From assembly GCA_963755915.1 (NCBI GenBank), contig CAVWLP010000002.1, positions 2,880,001 to 2,944,000 on the forward strand: a DNA stretch of 64,000 nucleotides. Reading direction: 5' to 3'. Under the pieces are notes generated by a model that was given only the letters and a program-made list of their open reading frames with translations, was not told the origin of the DNA and searched no databases. Both the position numbers and the translations under genes were made by a program. This document shows, piece after piece, positions 52,745 through 64,000 of this stretch (position 1 is the stretch's first letter; each line of letters starts with the position of its first letter). This DNA is from an uncultured Phycisphaerales bacterium (GTDB taxonomy: Bacteria > Planctomycetota > Phycisphaerae > Tepidisphaerales > Tepidisphaeraceae).

Positions 52745-53862
52745 GCGCAATGGACCTGAAGGTGGAAAACAAACCGGAAGAGGCGACCGAGGGCAACCAG
52801 CCCGCCAACCCGCGCCGCGCTGGTCCGATTTCGATCTGGATTCGGGGAATGATCTCCGAATTCCGCCGGTTCTATTATTCCATCACCAAAGATGCCGTCA
52901 TCAGTTATCTCAAGACCTTCGCCTGGGCGGCCCCGCTGACGGTGCTCATCTGGGTCTATGCCGAAAGCGAAGAACAGGTTCTCGATGAGGGCCAGCCGAT
53001 CAATATTGAAATCGTCACCCACGATCCGAACAAAATTGCCATCGTCGATCGCGACGAAAACGTGATCATCTGCGACCTGGAAGGCCCGCAGGCGAATATC
53101 GATCGCTTCAAGGCCACTCTCTCCACCGGCGCGCCAATTCCCATCGAAATCGACGCCGATCAGAAAAACGGCCAGGAGCGAATTCCAATTCTAGATAGCC
53201 TTCAGAAGAGCCCGCGATTCAAGGAAGCCGGCATCACCGTCGTGAAGTGCAACCCGGTCGTTCTGACGGCGACGGTCGACGATCTCGTCCGCGACCACCA
53301 GGTTCCGGTCCGGCCGCCCGGCAATATTCCCAACCTTCAAACCGTCAGCTTCGATCCGCCCACCGTCAAGGTCAGCGGCCCAAAGAGCGTCGTCGATCAT
53401 CTCGGCCAGGTGTTCGCCGACATGGCGTCGATGAAGGAACTCTATCAGCCCGGCATCCACACGATCGACGACATCGCCCTGGTTTCCGACCCATCCCAGC
53501 ACCTGACCTACGACGTCAACCAGGTGAAGGTAACGATCACCGTCGCCGAGACCGACGTGCGCGCCACGATTTCCGTTCCCGTCTGGTGGGTCCTTGCCCC
53601 CAACATCTATCAGCAATATTCGATTTCGCTGAACGGCCGCTCGTTTACGCCAAAGTTTGACGTGATTGGCCCGCCGGACCAGATTGAGAAGCTGAAGAAT
53701 GGCGAAGTAACCCCCCAGCCGCACGCGCTGCTGGAAATCAGCTCGGAGAACGTAAACGACACAAATCCGGTGCCGGTGGAAATCGAAAAGCTTCCCGACG
53801 GCGTCCGCCTTGCCGGCCCGCCGCCTGAGGTGAGTTTCACGGCGACGAGGATCGGGCAGTAA
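52720..53862 (+). CDS. CdaR/YbbR-like regulator
   Basis: LIWVYA TM segment, PPTVKVSGP, directly downstream of cdaA. Confidence 0.65.
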   Translation: MAPPSVDLSAMDLKVENKPEEATEGNQPANPRRAGPISIWIRGMISEFRRFYYSITKDAVISYLKTFAWAAPLTVLIWVYAESEEQVLDEGQPINIEIVTHDPNKIAIVDRDENVIICDLEGPQANIDRFKATLSTGAPIPIEIDADQKNGQERIPILDSLQKSPRFKEAGITVVKCNPVVLTATVDDLVRDHQVPVRPPGNIPNLQTVSFDPPTVKVSGPKSVVDHLGQVFADMASMKELYQPGIHTIDDIALVSDPSQHLTYDVNQVKVTITVAETDVRATISVPVWWVLAPNIYQQYSISLNGRSFTPKFDVIGPPDQIEKLKNGEVTPQPHALLEISSENVNDTNPVPVEIEKLPDGVRLAGPPPEVSFTATRIGQ

Positions 53863-53926
53863 GTCGGCGTCTGATTCCTGAAATTATCTTTGGTGTGGTG
53901 CGACTGGGGTCGGTAAAATTTCCCGG

Positions 53927-55305
53927 ATGTGGATATCTTTCGGCCGGCGAAGACCAAAAGGCACGCTGATTTCCGATCTTCTGGAGAAGCACTTCGGCAA
54001 GTCCAAGCCGGAAGATTTGAACATTTCCGAGCGGAAGTTTCCTCATCGCGTGCGGGCCGACCTGCAGCGGGGCGTCGAAGAAATTATTGTGGGCGAGCGC
54101 GATTTGAAGCGGTTTTGCGGATTCACGCAATTTTTCTCGCACGAAGGTCCGAACCTGGCGATTTTGATTGCCCGAAACGAGCCGCAGCCATCGGTCGCGG
54201 TGCCGCCCGAATACGAGGAGATCGATATCGGCGAGGACCAGCCGGTGCGCTGCCTGAAGGTTGGACTGTGGCTGCTGGGGGAAGGGAATCGGGCGTTTGC
54301 GATTCTGCTCGCTTCCTATCGCGATATGCACGGACGACAGTCGATCCGGGTGCAGGTCGCGGCGTTCAACAACGAAACGGCGCCGAATCGAGGGAGCGGA
54401 TTTTCCGAGCGCTGGAAAAGGCGATTAACAATTGCCGCTGCTACCGCGGGAAAATCCTCTCACTGGAAGACGAAAACGATTATTTCGGCAGATCCATCGG
54501 CATCAAGGTGCACAAGCTGCGCACGGTCGCCCGCGACCAGGTCATTCTGCCGAAGAAGACGCTGGGATTGCTCGAGCGAAACATCATTCAATTTGTTGGG
54601 CAGCGCGAAAAATTGTCACAATTTGGCCAGGCCACCAAGAAGGGAATCCTGTTTTACGGTCCGCCGGGCACGGGGAAATCTCATACCGTCCATTATCTGG
54701 CCGGGGAATTGAAGGGGCACACAATGCTGCTGATCACCGCCGAGCAAACCCGGCTGCTGGGCCAGTACATGGCCCTGGCCCGGCTGCTTCAGCCCAGCGT
54801 GGTGGTGATCGAAGACGTTGACCTGATCGCGCGCGATCGCGTCACCATGAACAACTCGTGCGATCAGGCCCTGCTCAACAAGCTGCTCAACGAAATGGAC
54901 GGGCTGAAGGAAAACGCCGATATCCTGTTTATTCTAACGACGAACCGGCCGGAGGAATTGGAGTCCGCGCTGGCGTCCCGACCGGGACGGGTGGATCAGG
55001 CGATTGAATTTCCGCTTCCCGATGAGGCGGGCCGCGAAAAGTTGGTGCGACTCTACAGCGCCGGCGCGGCCGTCTCCGACGAGTTGATGAAATTCCTGGT
55101 CGCTAAAACCGAGAACGTCAGCGCCGCATTCATCAAAGAACTAATGCGCCGCTCGGTGCAATTCCAACTGGAGCGAGGCGATGGGAAGGCCTTGGATCAC
55201 AACGACATTCAGAGCGCGCTTGAGGAAATGCTGTTCACCGGCGGAACTCTCAACGCCAAACTGCTCGGGGCAGCAAAAAGCGTTGGATTTCATTCGCAGC
55301 AATGA
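53927..55305 (+). CDS. AAA+ ATPase, frameshift near 54390
   Basis: GILFYGPPGTGKS, VIEDVD, LLNEMDG, TTNRPE..AL.SRPGRVD. Confidence 0.85.
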
Positions 55306-55385
55306 CCGTCGCTCTACATTTGCATTTTCCCCTCTCCCGGAGGACGGCGTCCCGCGTAGCGGGCGAGGGGGCAAGCGGAGGAGCG

Positions 55386-57173
<1,788 letters not shown>

Positions 57174-57280
57174 TGGCTTGGTGCGATTCTATGGGGGGTG
57201 ACAGGAGGCGTAACAAATGCCCAATTGACAATCGGCCCGAAAAGTGAACCCTACACGCCAACAACAAGGAGAACCAGCCC

Positions 57281-57772
57281 ATGCCCGGTAAGCAGTATCC
57301 GCAACCCCCGAAGACGACGATCGACCCGAACAAGAAATATACCGCCTCGTTCGACACCACGAAGGGCAAGATCGTCTGCGACCTTTTCGCCAAGGACGCG
57401 CCAAACACTGTCAACAATTTCGTCTTCCTCGCCCGAGAGAACTTTTACGACGGCACCAAATTTCACCGCGTCATCCCCGACTTCATGGTCCAGGGCGGCG
57501 ACCCCACCGGCACCGGCAGCGGGGGACCCGGATATAAATTTGCCGACGAAGTGAAGAACAATCCCCGCAAGCACCAGATCGGTTCCCTCTCCATGGCCAA
57601 CGCCGGCCCCAACACCAACGGCAGCCAGTTCTTCATCACCCACGTGGTCACCAACTGGCTCGACGGAAAGCACACCGTCTTCGGCCAGGTGAAAGACGCC
57701 GCCAGCCAGGAGATCGTCAACGCCATTAAGCAGGGCGACGTCCTCAACAGCGTGACCATCGCCGAAGGATAA
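57281..57772 (+). CDS. Cyclophilin-type peptidyl-prolyl isomerase
   Basis: [41 protein letters not shown]. Confidence 0.95.
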   Translation: MPGKQYPQPPKTTIDPNKKYTASFDTTKGKIVCDLFAKDAPNTVNNFVFLARENFYDGTKFHRVIPDFMVQGGDPTGTGSGGPGYKFADEVKNNPRKHQIGSLSMANAGPNTNGSQFFITHVVTNWLDGKHTVFGQVKDAASQEIVNAIKQGDVLNSVTIAEG

Positions 57773-57795
57773 TCCATCCCCGAAGTGAGGGCCCT

Positions 57796-59181
57796 GTGCG
57801 TTTCCGCGCGAGCATGTTCGTTCTATTGCTTGCGCCGCTCTTCTACGCGCTCCCGGCGCCGGCCGCCGATATTTCCCCAGCGATGTATCAGGCCGAACTC
57901 GGCAACCAGTTCCAGCCCTCCCTACTCCCCAAACTCCAGGATGCCCACGCCCTGATCGAGCAATATTTCGGCGCCCCGACGCAATCGCAGCGCCAGCGCC
58001 TTATCGACGAATTCCAAGCCTCCGGCTTCTCCCCCTCCGTCATCGGCCGCATCGTCCGCCTCCGCTCCGGCTGGGCCGACCTTACCCCCGGCGTCTACTA
58101 CATAAACAAAAAAGTCGGCACCTTCAGCGTCCGCTATTTCCTCGGAATTCCTCCGCAGTATGACCGCACCCATTCCTGGCCCCTGGTGATAAAGCTTCCC
58201 GTTCCCAACGCGTTCCTCACCGACCCTCCACCGGATGCGCAGACGGTGAGCCAGATTTACACCGGCTGGATGCAGGATGAATTAAAGCATCATCCCGATG
58301 CCGTGGTCGTCATGCCTCTCCTGAATCTCGACGAGCTTTACGGCCCCGGGCCCGTCGGCATGAACCTCGTGATGCAGCCCATCCTCGACGCCGCCGACCA
58401 GGCCAACATCGACGCCGCCCGCGTCTATCTCATCGGCCACTCCATGGCCGCCACCGCCGTCTGGAACCTCGCCATCCATTACCCCACCTTCTTCGCCGCC
58501 ATCAACCCCATGGCCGGCCAGGCCCACGACAGTTGGCAGCGCGTCCGCCTCGGCAATCTCGCCAACGTCCTCTGCATCGTCTGGCACGACGCCTCCGACG
58601 ACGTCATCAACGTCGACGAATCCCGCTCCCTCGTGCGCTATCTCCGCAACATGAAATTCGACGTCGATTACGACGAAACCCAGGGCCTCGGCCACGCCCC
58701 CCCCGCACAAATCGTCGAGGACGAATACAACAAAACCCGCTCGCGAACCCGCGATCTATATCCGGCCGCCGTCTTCATCCAGTCCAACAGTCTCGAAACC
58801 ATTTTCAACCGGGCCGACTGGATTCAAATCTACCAGCCGTTGGATCCGGGAGAGCAGGCCAAAGTCCAGTTCTCCCACGGCAGCCAGGGCATGTACATCT
58901 ATCAGAACACGTTCCGCGTAATCGGCGAAATCACCGACCGGCACACCATCACCCTTACCACCCGCAACGTCCGCCTCGTGCGCGTCTATCTCAACGACCA
59001 GATGGTAGACCTGACCACCCCCATAAAAATCATCGCCAACAACCTCACGCGCTATAACGCGATTCCAACGCAGAGCATCGCGGAAATGCTCAAAGACCAG
59101 ACATTTCTCGGCCGCGGCTGGCGCTACTACACCGCGGTCATCGACCTCGACCTCACCGAATCCCCCACGACGCGAAACTAA
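57796..59181 (+). CDS. Exported alpha/beta-hydrolase-fold protein
   Basis: Signal peptide, WPLVI, RVYLIGHSMA, HDASDDVI, GLGH. Confidence 0.7.
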   Translation: MRFRASMFVLLLAPLFYALPAPAADISPAMYQAELGNQFQPSLLPKLQDAHALIEQYFGAPTQSQRQRLIDEFQASGFSPSVIGRIVRLRSGWADLTPGVYYINKKVGTFSVRYFLGIPPQYDRTHSWPLVIKLPVPNAFLTDPPPDAQTVSQIYTGWMQDELKHHPDAVVVMPLLNLDELYGPGPVGMNLVMQPILDAADQANIDAARVYLIGHSMAATAVWNLAIHYPTFFAAINPMAGQAHDSWQRVRLGNLANVLCIVWHDASDDVINVDESRSLVRYLRNMKFDVDYDETQGLGHAPPAQIVEDEYNKTRSRTRDLYPAAVFIQSNSLETIFNRADWIQIYQPLDPGEQAKVQFSHGSQGMYIYQNTFRVIGEITDRHTITLTTRNVRLVRVYLNDQMVDLTTPIKIIANNLTRYNAIPTQSIAEMLKDQTFLGRGWRYYTAVIDLDLTESPTTRN

Positions 59182-59198
59182 CAAAAGCCGCAGGATCG

Positions 59199-59819
59199 CT
59201 ATCCTGCGGGCATCGCTTTTAACTCCCCAATCATCTCCTGCAAGCGCATCTCCAGCGTCTGAATAATTTCCTCCCCCTTCTTCCCCGCAAAATCAATCGC
59301 CTTCCCATATTTCACCCGAATCGGATGGCCATGGAAAACTTTCGAATCCTTCGGCCAGGCCGCAAACGACCCCTCGATCGCCACCGGCACCACCGGAACC
59401 CGCGCCCTGCGAATCACCAGCGCCACTCCCTTTTCCAGCCGGCCCATTTCCCCTGTCTCCGTTCGTGATCCTTCCGGATAAATATTCAGCACGTGCCCCT
59501 CTTCCAGCCGGCGGATGACTTCCTTCACCGCCCCGATATCCCCCTCCCCCTGCCGAACCGGAAACGCGTGAAGCGTGCGAATAAACCACCCGAAATAGGG
59601 ATTCTCAAACAATTCGCTCTTGGCCAGGAAACTGACCGGCCGGCGAAGATGCACCGCCACCAGCACCGGGTCGAGATAGCTCTGATGATTCGCAACCAGC
59701 AGCACGCCCCCCGTCGCCGGCACGTTTTCTCGCCCATACGTTTTCAGATCAAACAGCAATGTAGTCCCAACCCGCGCGATGATCTGAAGCGATTTCCACG
59801 TCAGCGAGCGCTCGGTCAT
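59199..59819 (-). CDS. plsC: 1-acyl-sn-glycerol-3-phosphate acyltransferase
   Basis: NHQSYLD, YPEGSR, VPVAI. Confidence 0.88.
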   Translation of the reverse strand: MTERSLTWKSLQIIARVGTTLLFDLKTYGRENVPATGGVLLVANHQSYLDPVLVAVHLRRPVSFLAKSELFENPYFGWFIRTLHAFPVRQGEGDIGAVKEVIRRLEEGHVLNIYPEGSRTETGEMGRLEKGVALVIRRARVPVVPVAIEGSFAAWPKDSKVFHGHPIRVKYGKAIDFAGKKGEEIIQTLEMRLQEMIGELKAMPAG

Positions 59820-60496
59820 GTTTCGACCGACCTCTTCTGTATCGCCCGCGCTTTGGCGACGATCTGCTGCACTACCTCCGGAATCGAAAGATTCGTCGTG
59901 TCGATGATTTCCGCGCCTTGGGGCACCATCAGCGGGCTCGCCGCCCGCCGGCTGTCCCGCAAATCCCGGTCGGCGATCTGCTTCTGCAAAACCTCGACAT
60001 TCACGACTTCCCCCCGCGCCCGAAGCTGCTCCGCCCGCCGCCGCGTCCGCTCGACCGGATTGGCGTCCAGATAAATCTTCAAATCCGCATGCGGAAAAAC
60101 CACGCTCCCCTGGTCCCTCCCCTCGGTGACGATATTCGGCCGCGACGCCCCGATCTCCTGCTGCTGCTTCACCAGCAATTCCCGCACGCCCGGCACCACC
60201 GCCACATAAGACGCCGCCTGCGTCGCCTCGCCCGACCTCAGCAGCCGCCCCACGGATTCCCCGTTGAGCATGACGGCGGGGGGCTGCTGCGAAAAATCAA
60301 ACACGATCCGCGTCATCCGCGCAATGTAAACCAGCTCGCGCTCATCGTGCATGTCGGCTTTTCGCCGCAGCGCCGCCAATCCCACCGCCCGATACATCGC
60401 CCCCGTGTCCAGAAAATCGAACCCCAGCTCCCGCGCCACCTCGTGCGCCACCGTCGATTTGCCCGTACCGGCCGGTCCGTCGATCGTGATGATCAT
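59816..60496 (-). CDS. cmk: Cytidylate kinase
   Basis: IITIDGPAGTGKST, LDTGAMYR, EGRDQGSVVFP, RDLRDSRR. Confidence 0.95.
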   Translation of the reverse strand: MIITIDGPAGTGKSTVAHEVARELGFDFLDTGAMYRAVGLAALRRKADMHDERELVYIARMTRIVFDFSQQPPAVMLNGESVGRLLRSGEATQAASYVAVVPGVRELLVKQQQEIGASRPNIVTEGRDQGSVVFPHADLKIYLDANPVERTRRRAEQLRARGEVVNVEVLQKQIADRDLRDSRRAASPLMVPQGAEIIDTTNLSIPEVVQQIVAKARAIQKRSVET

Positions 60497-60557
60497 GCCC
60501 CTCGAAACATATCCGCAATCCACGCGCGCGGGCAAGGACGCCAACCGCGCCGTCCCC

Positions 60558-61109
60558 TCAATCATAATTCCAAAACCCCACCCGCTTTTTATGTGCTGTA
60601 CTCTGCGCACGCGTGATATCCGCATAAAACGTGCAATGCTCCGTCCAATCCCCCCGCACCAACCCCTCCGCCGCCAATTCCGCCGCCAGGAGCTGGTTCG
60701 AATCGGTAAAAACATCCGCCAGCAGCCGCCCATTTTCATCCCGCGTCTGCGTCGCCTCCAGATGAATCGAAAGCGTCTGCCCCGCCAAAAGCGCATCCAT
60801 CCGGCTCATCGCCCGCTCATCCCAATCCGCATTGGCCGACCTGATCCCAAGAATCCGGACAACCGTCATCTCATCCCCCCTGTCCAAGACCGCGATAGAC
60901 ACCCCATCCACCGCCCGAACGAACTGAACCCGTCGCCCGTCAAACCGCATCCAGTCATCGCCACCCCGGTTCTGGGCGCGCAGATGATCCGCAACGCTGC
61001 TCAGCAAAAGGGCGGAAATCAGCACTATCCCCGCAATCCGCCACTTTCGCCGCCGCCTCAACGCTGTGGCGGCAGTCCCTTCATCCCATTTCGTAACCGA
61101 CCGCGGCAT
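60558..61109 (-). CDS. Thermonuclease (SNase)-like membrane-anchored protein, degenerate
   Basis: VDG, VRILGI, RDENGRLLADV, AEGL, KKRVGFW. Confidence 0.6.
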   Translation of the reverse strand: MPRSVTKWDEGTAATALRRRRKWRIAGIVLISALLLSSVADHLRAQNRGGDDWMRFDGRRVQFVRAVDGVSIAVLDRGDEMTVVRILGIRSANADWDERAMSRMDALLAGQTLSIHLEATQTRDENGRLLADVFTDSNQLLAAELAAEGLVRGDWTEHCTFYADITRAQSTAHKKRVGFWNYD

Positions 61110-61256
61110 GCCGCAACGGTATTCGCGCGGCACCGGCAGCAAGATTGCCTCCGCCTTTTCCCCCTCCCCTGGTACTCCGGGGGAGAGTTGGGGTGGGGGT
61201 CGTTGCGGACACAATTACGATTGACGCCTGCTCTTTATTGGCGAGTATGAACCCCC

Positions 61257-62180
61257 ATGCTCTCGATCGTCGTAAATTTCTTCAACAACCCGCGCGAAGC
61301 CCAAAACACCCTCTGGTCCCTCACCCGCGCATATCAAATCGGCGCAGCTAATTTAAAATTCGAAGTCATCGTCCTCGACAACGGCTCAACTCAACCCCTT
61401 TCCGAACCAGACGTCCAAAAATTCGGCCCCGAGTTCAAATATCATTTCATCCAGACCAATTCCCTCTCCCCCGCAAAAGCCATCAACGCCGCCTGCCGCG
61501 ACGCCGCCGGCGACGAGCTGCTCATAATCATCGACGGCGCCCACATCCTCTCCCCCGGAATCTTCACCCTCACAGATTCCGCCTTCGCCCTCTTCGATTC
61601 CGCATTCATCGTCACCATCCCCTTCCACCTCGGCCCCAAACGCCAGAACATCTCCATTCAGGAAGGCTACACCCAGCAGGTCGAGGATCGCCTCCTCGAA
61701 ACCAGCAACTGGAAGAAAAACGGCTACGCCCTCTATCGCATCGCCGGCGATTTCTCCGATGGCAACCTCGGCTGGTTCGGCCGCCCGTCCGAATCCGGCT
61801 GCTTCGCAATCCGCAAAGCCGATTTCCTGGCACTCGGCGGCTTCGACGAACGCTTCGATTCCCCCGGCGGTGGCCTCGTCAATCTCGATTTCTTCCTCCG
61901 AGCCGCTTCCCGCCCGCAATCCCAATACGTCATGCTCCTCGGCGAAGGCACCTTCCACCAACTCCACGGCGGCGTAGCCAGCAACGCCCCCCTCGCCCAG
62001 CACCCCGGCGCAAAATTCCACGACGAATACGTCCGCCTCCGCGGAACCCCTTTCAAGCGCACCACCCGCCGCCCATTCTTCCTCGGCACCATCCCACCCG
62101 AAGCCGCCCAAACCGCCGCCTTCTCCGCCCAGCACGGCCTCGAAGCCTGGCGAAAACTCCCCGAAGCCGAAAAGCCATAG
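61257..62180 (+). CDS. GT2 family glycosyltransferase
   Basis: LSIVV, VLDNGS, IIDG, GGFDERF. Confidence 0.82.
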   Translation: MLSIVVNFFNNPREAQNTLWSLTRAYQIGAANLKFEVIVLDNGSTQPLSEPDVQKFGPEFKYHFIQTNSLSPAKAINAACRDAAGDELLIIIDGAHILSPGIFTLTDSAFALFDSAFIVTIPFHLGPKRQNISIQEGYTQQVEDRLLETSNWKKNGYALYRIAGDFSDGNLGWFGRPSESGCFAIRKADFLALGGFDERFDSPGGGLVNLDFFLRAASRPQSQYVMLLGEGTFHQLHGGVASNAPLAQHPGAKFHDEYVRLRGTPFKRTTRRPFFLGTIPPEAAQTAAFSAQHGLEAWRKLPEAEKP

Positions 62181-62408
62181 CGGCCGGAAAATACATCCTC
62201 ACCGCGGAACACACGGAGCTATCGCTCTTACCCCCTCTCCCTGTACTCAAGGAGAGGGTTGGGGTGAGGGCCTAAAGGTAATTTTCGAGCAACACGCGGC
62301 GACCTCACTTCAAACTTTCACCCCGCAGTTTCTCATCGCTCTCCGCGTTCTCCGCGGTGAAATCCGCCCTTACTTTGCAGAGTCGTTTTCCGTGACTACG
62401 ATTCCCTC

Positions 62409-64000
62409 ATGACGCAACGAAATCAGACACTGAAAGCGGGCGAGAAGGTGGACGGTTTTACGGTTCGGCGGGTCGTGCCGCTCGAGAAGATGAAATCGAC
62501 CGCCATCGAACTCTCGCACGAAAAAACCGGCGCCAGAATCCTCCATATCCACAACGCCGACGCCGAAAATCTCTTCTCCGTCACCTTTCCCACCCCGCCA
62601 CCCGACGACACCGGCGTCCCCCACATCCTCGAGCACAGCGTCCTCGCCGGCTCCCGCAAATATCTCGTCAAAGACCCTTTCTTCGAAATGGTCAAGTGCT
62701 CCATGGCCACCTTCATCAACGCCATGACCGGCAGCGACTACACCGTCTACCCCGTCGCCAGCAACGTCCGCCAGGATTTCTTCAACCTCGCCGAGGTTTA
62801 CTGGGACGCCGTCTTTCATCCCCTCCTCACCGAAAAAACCTTCGAGCGCGAAGGCCACCACCTCGAATTCGCCAAGCGCGGCGACACCACCAGCGACCTG
62901 ATCGTCAAGGGAATCGTCTATAACGAAATGAAAGGCGCTCGCTCCAGCCCCGATTCGAAGGTCTACGACCTGATCGAAAAAAACCTCTGGCCCGACACGC
63001 CCTACGGCAAAGACTCCGGCGGCGATCCCGACATCATCCCCCAGCTCACCTGGCGCGGCCTCACCGATTTCCACCGCCGCTTCTACCACCCCAGCAACGC
63101 GTTCATCTTCCTCTACGGCGACATCCCCACCGCCGATCAACTCGAATTCCTAAGCGGACGCCTAGCGGAATTTCAGAAAACCGACGTCCGCGCCGACTTT
63201 CCCCCCCAGCCGCGCTGGAGCAGCCCGCGAATTCTAGAATCCGTCTACCCCGTCGCCCCCACGGATGCCGTCGACGGGAAAACCTTCATCGTCCTCAACT
63301 GGCTCATCGGATCTGGAGTCGACGTCGAAGAGCTGTTCGCCTTCAGCGCCCTCGATCGGATTTTGCTCGGCAACCAATCCGCCCCCCTCCGCAAAGCCCT
63401 CATCGATTCAAAGCTCGGCGAAGACGTCACCCACAGCGGCTTCTGGGCCAACGGCGTCGACACCTCTTTCCACGTCGGCCTCAAAGGCAGCGAACCAGGC
63501 CGCGGCGAAAAAGTTCTGCACGTCGTCGAAACCACCCTCCGCGACATCGCCCAGCGCGGCGTCTCCCGCGAGCAGTTCGACGCCGCCATCCAGCAGCTCA
63601 AATACCGCTACCTCGAAATCGGCGCCATGTATCCCCTCCAAATCATGGGCTACGTCCTGGGCATGTGGCAGCATGGCGGCGACCCCCTCACCCTCCTCGA
63701 AGCCGAGCGCCACATCCACGCCCTCCAGCAAAAATTCGCCGCAAATCCCGCATTTTTTGGCGATCTGATCCGCCGCAAGCTGCTCGATAATTCCCACCGC
63801 CTCATGCTCGTCGTCCGCCCGGATGGAAACGTCCAGCAGAAAAAAGACGCCGAATTCACCGCGAAAATGAGCGAGCTGAAAGGCTCGCTTTCAACGAAGG
63901 AACTCGAAGCCATTCGCGACAACCAGGAAGAGCTCGAAAAATTGCTCAACCAGCCCAACGCCCCCGAGGCAATCGCCTCTCTCCCCCAGCTTCGCGTCAT
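62409..64000 (+). CDS. M16C (insulinase/PreP-like) metallopeptidase, runs off the window end; absent from the ORF track
   Basis: Translated by eye from ATG 62409: TGVPHILEHSVLAGSRKY..KDPFF, FINAMT, KGIVYNEMKG, SGGDP, YHPSN. Confidence 0.9.
   Translation, partial: MTQRNQTLKAGEKVDGFTVRRVVPLEKMKSTAIELSHEKTGARILHIHNADAENLFSVTFPTPPPDDTGVPHILEHSVLAGSRKYLVKDPFFEMVKCSMATFINAMTGSDYTVYPVASNVRQDFFNLAEVYWDAVFHPLLTEKTFEREGHHLEFAKRGDTTSDLIVKGIVYNEMKGARSSPDSKVYDLIEKNLWPDTPYGKDSGGDPDIIPQLTWRGLTDFHRRFYHPSNAFIFLYGDIPTADQLEFLSGRLAEFQKTDVRADFPPQPRWSSPRILESVYPVAPTDAVDGKTFIVLNWLIGSGVDVEELFAFSALDRILLGNQSAPLRKALIDSKLGEDVTHSGFWANGVDTSFHVGLKGSEPGRGEKVLHVVETTLRDIAQRGVSREQFDAAIQQLKYRYLEIGAMYPLQIMGYVLGMWQHGGDPLTLLEAERHIHALQQKFAANPAFFGDLIRRKLLDNSHRLMLVVRPDGNVQQKKDAEFTAKMSELKGSLSTKELEAIRDNQEELEKLLNQPNAPEAIASLPQLRV

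Overview
GC-rich bacterial window, most likely from a Planctomycetota (Phycisphaerae/Tepidisphaerales-like) genome. The evidence is a LEPRxLL N-terminal motif, PEP-CTERM/dockerin-like C-termini, a very long SecA and Firmicute-type AddAB. Many single-base frameshifts, even in secA and sat, point to an unpolished long-read assembly. Positions 1-15 kb hold addAB, a GH13 enzyme, a U32 protein, an IS110/IS1111 element, a GH29 fucosidase and an FkbM methyltransferase. Positions 15.8-32.4 kb form an accessory block of three exported proteins sharing one C-terminal module (S53 peptidase, a protein with about 3.8 identical 738-bp repeats, G1 peptidase), separated by a nested IS4-in-IS4 and an IS21. The rest is largely housekeeping (secA, glnB, sat, folP-cdaA-cdaR, lepA, cmk, plsC, M16 peptidase). 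Two candidates stand out. (1) A SecM-like leader ORF upstream of secA has a signal-like N-terminus, a C-terminal RLPPP, and an 8-bp stem pairing its last codons with the secA ribosome-binding site. (2) The 3' non-coding region of the IS110 carries a readable bridge/seek-RNA-like target loop matching the REP-like palindrome it inserted into. All calls come from motif recognition by eye; no database searches were run.
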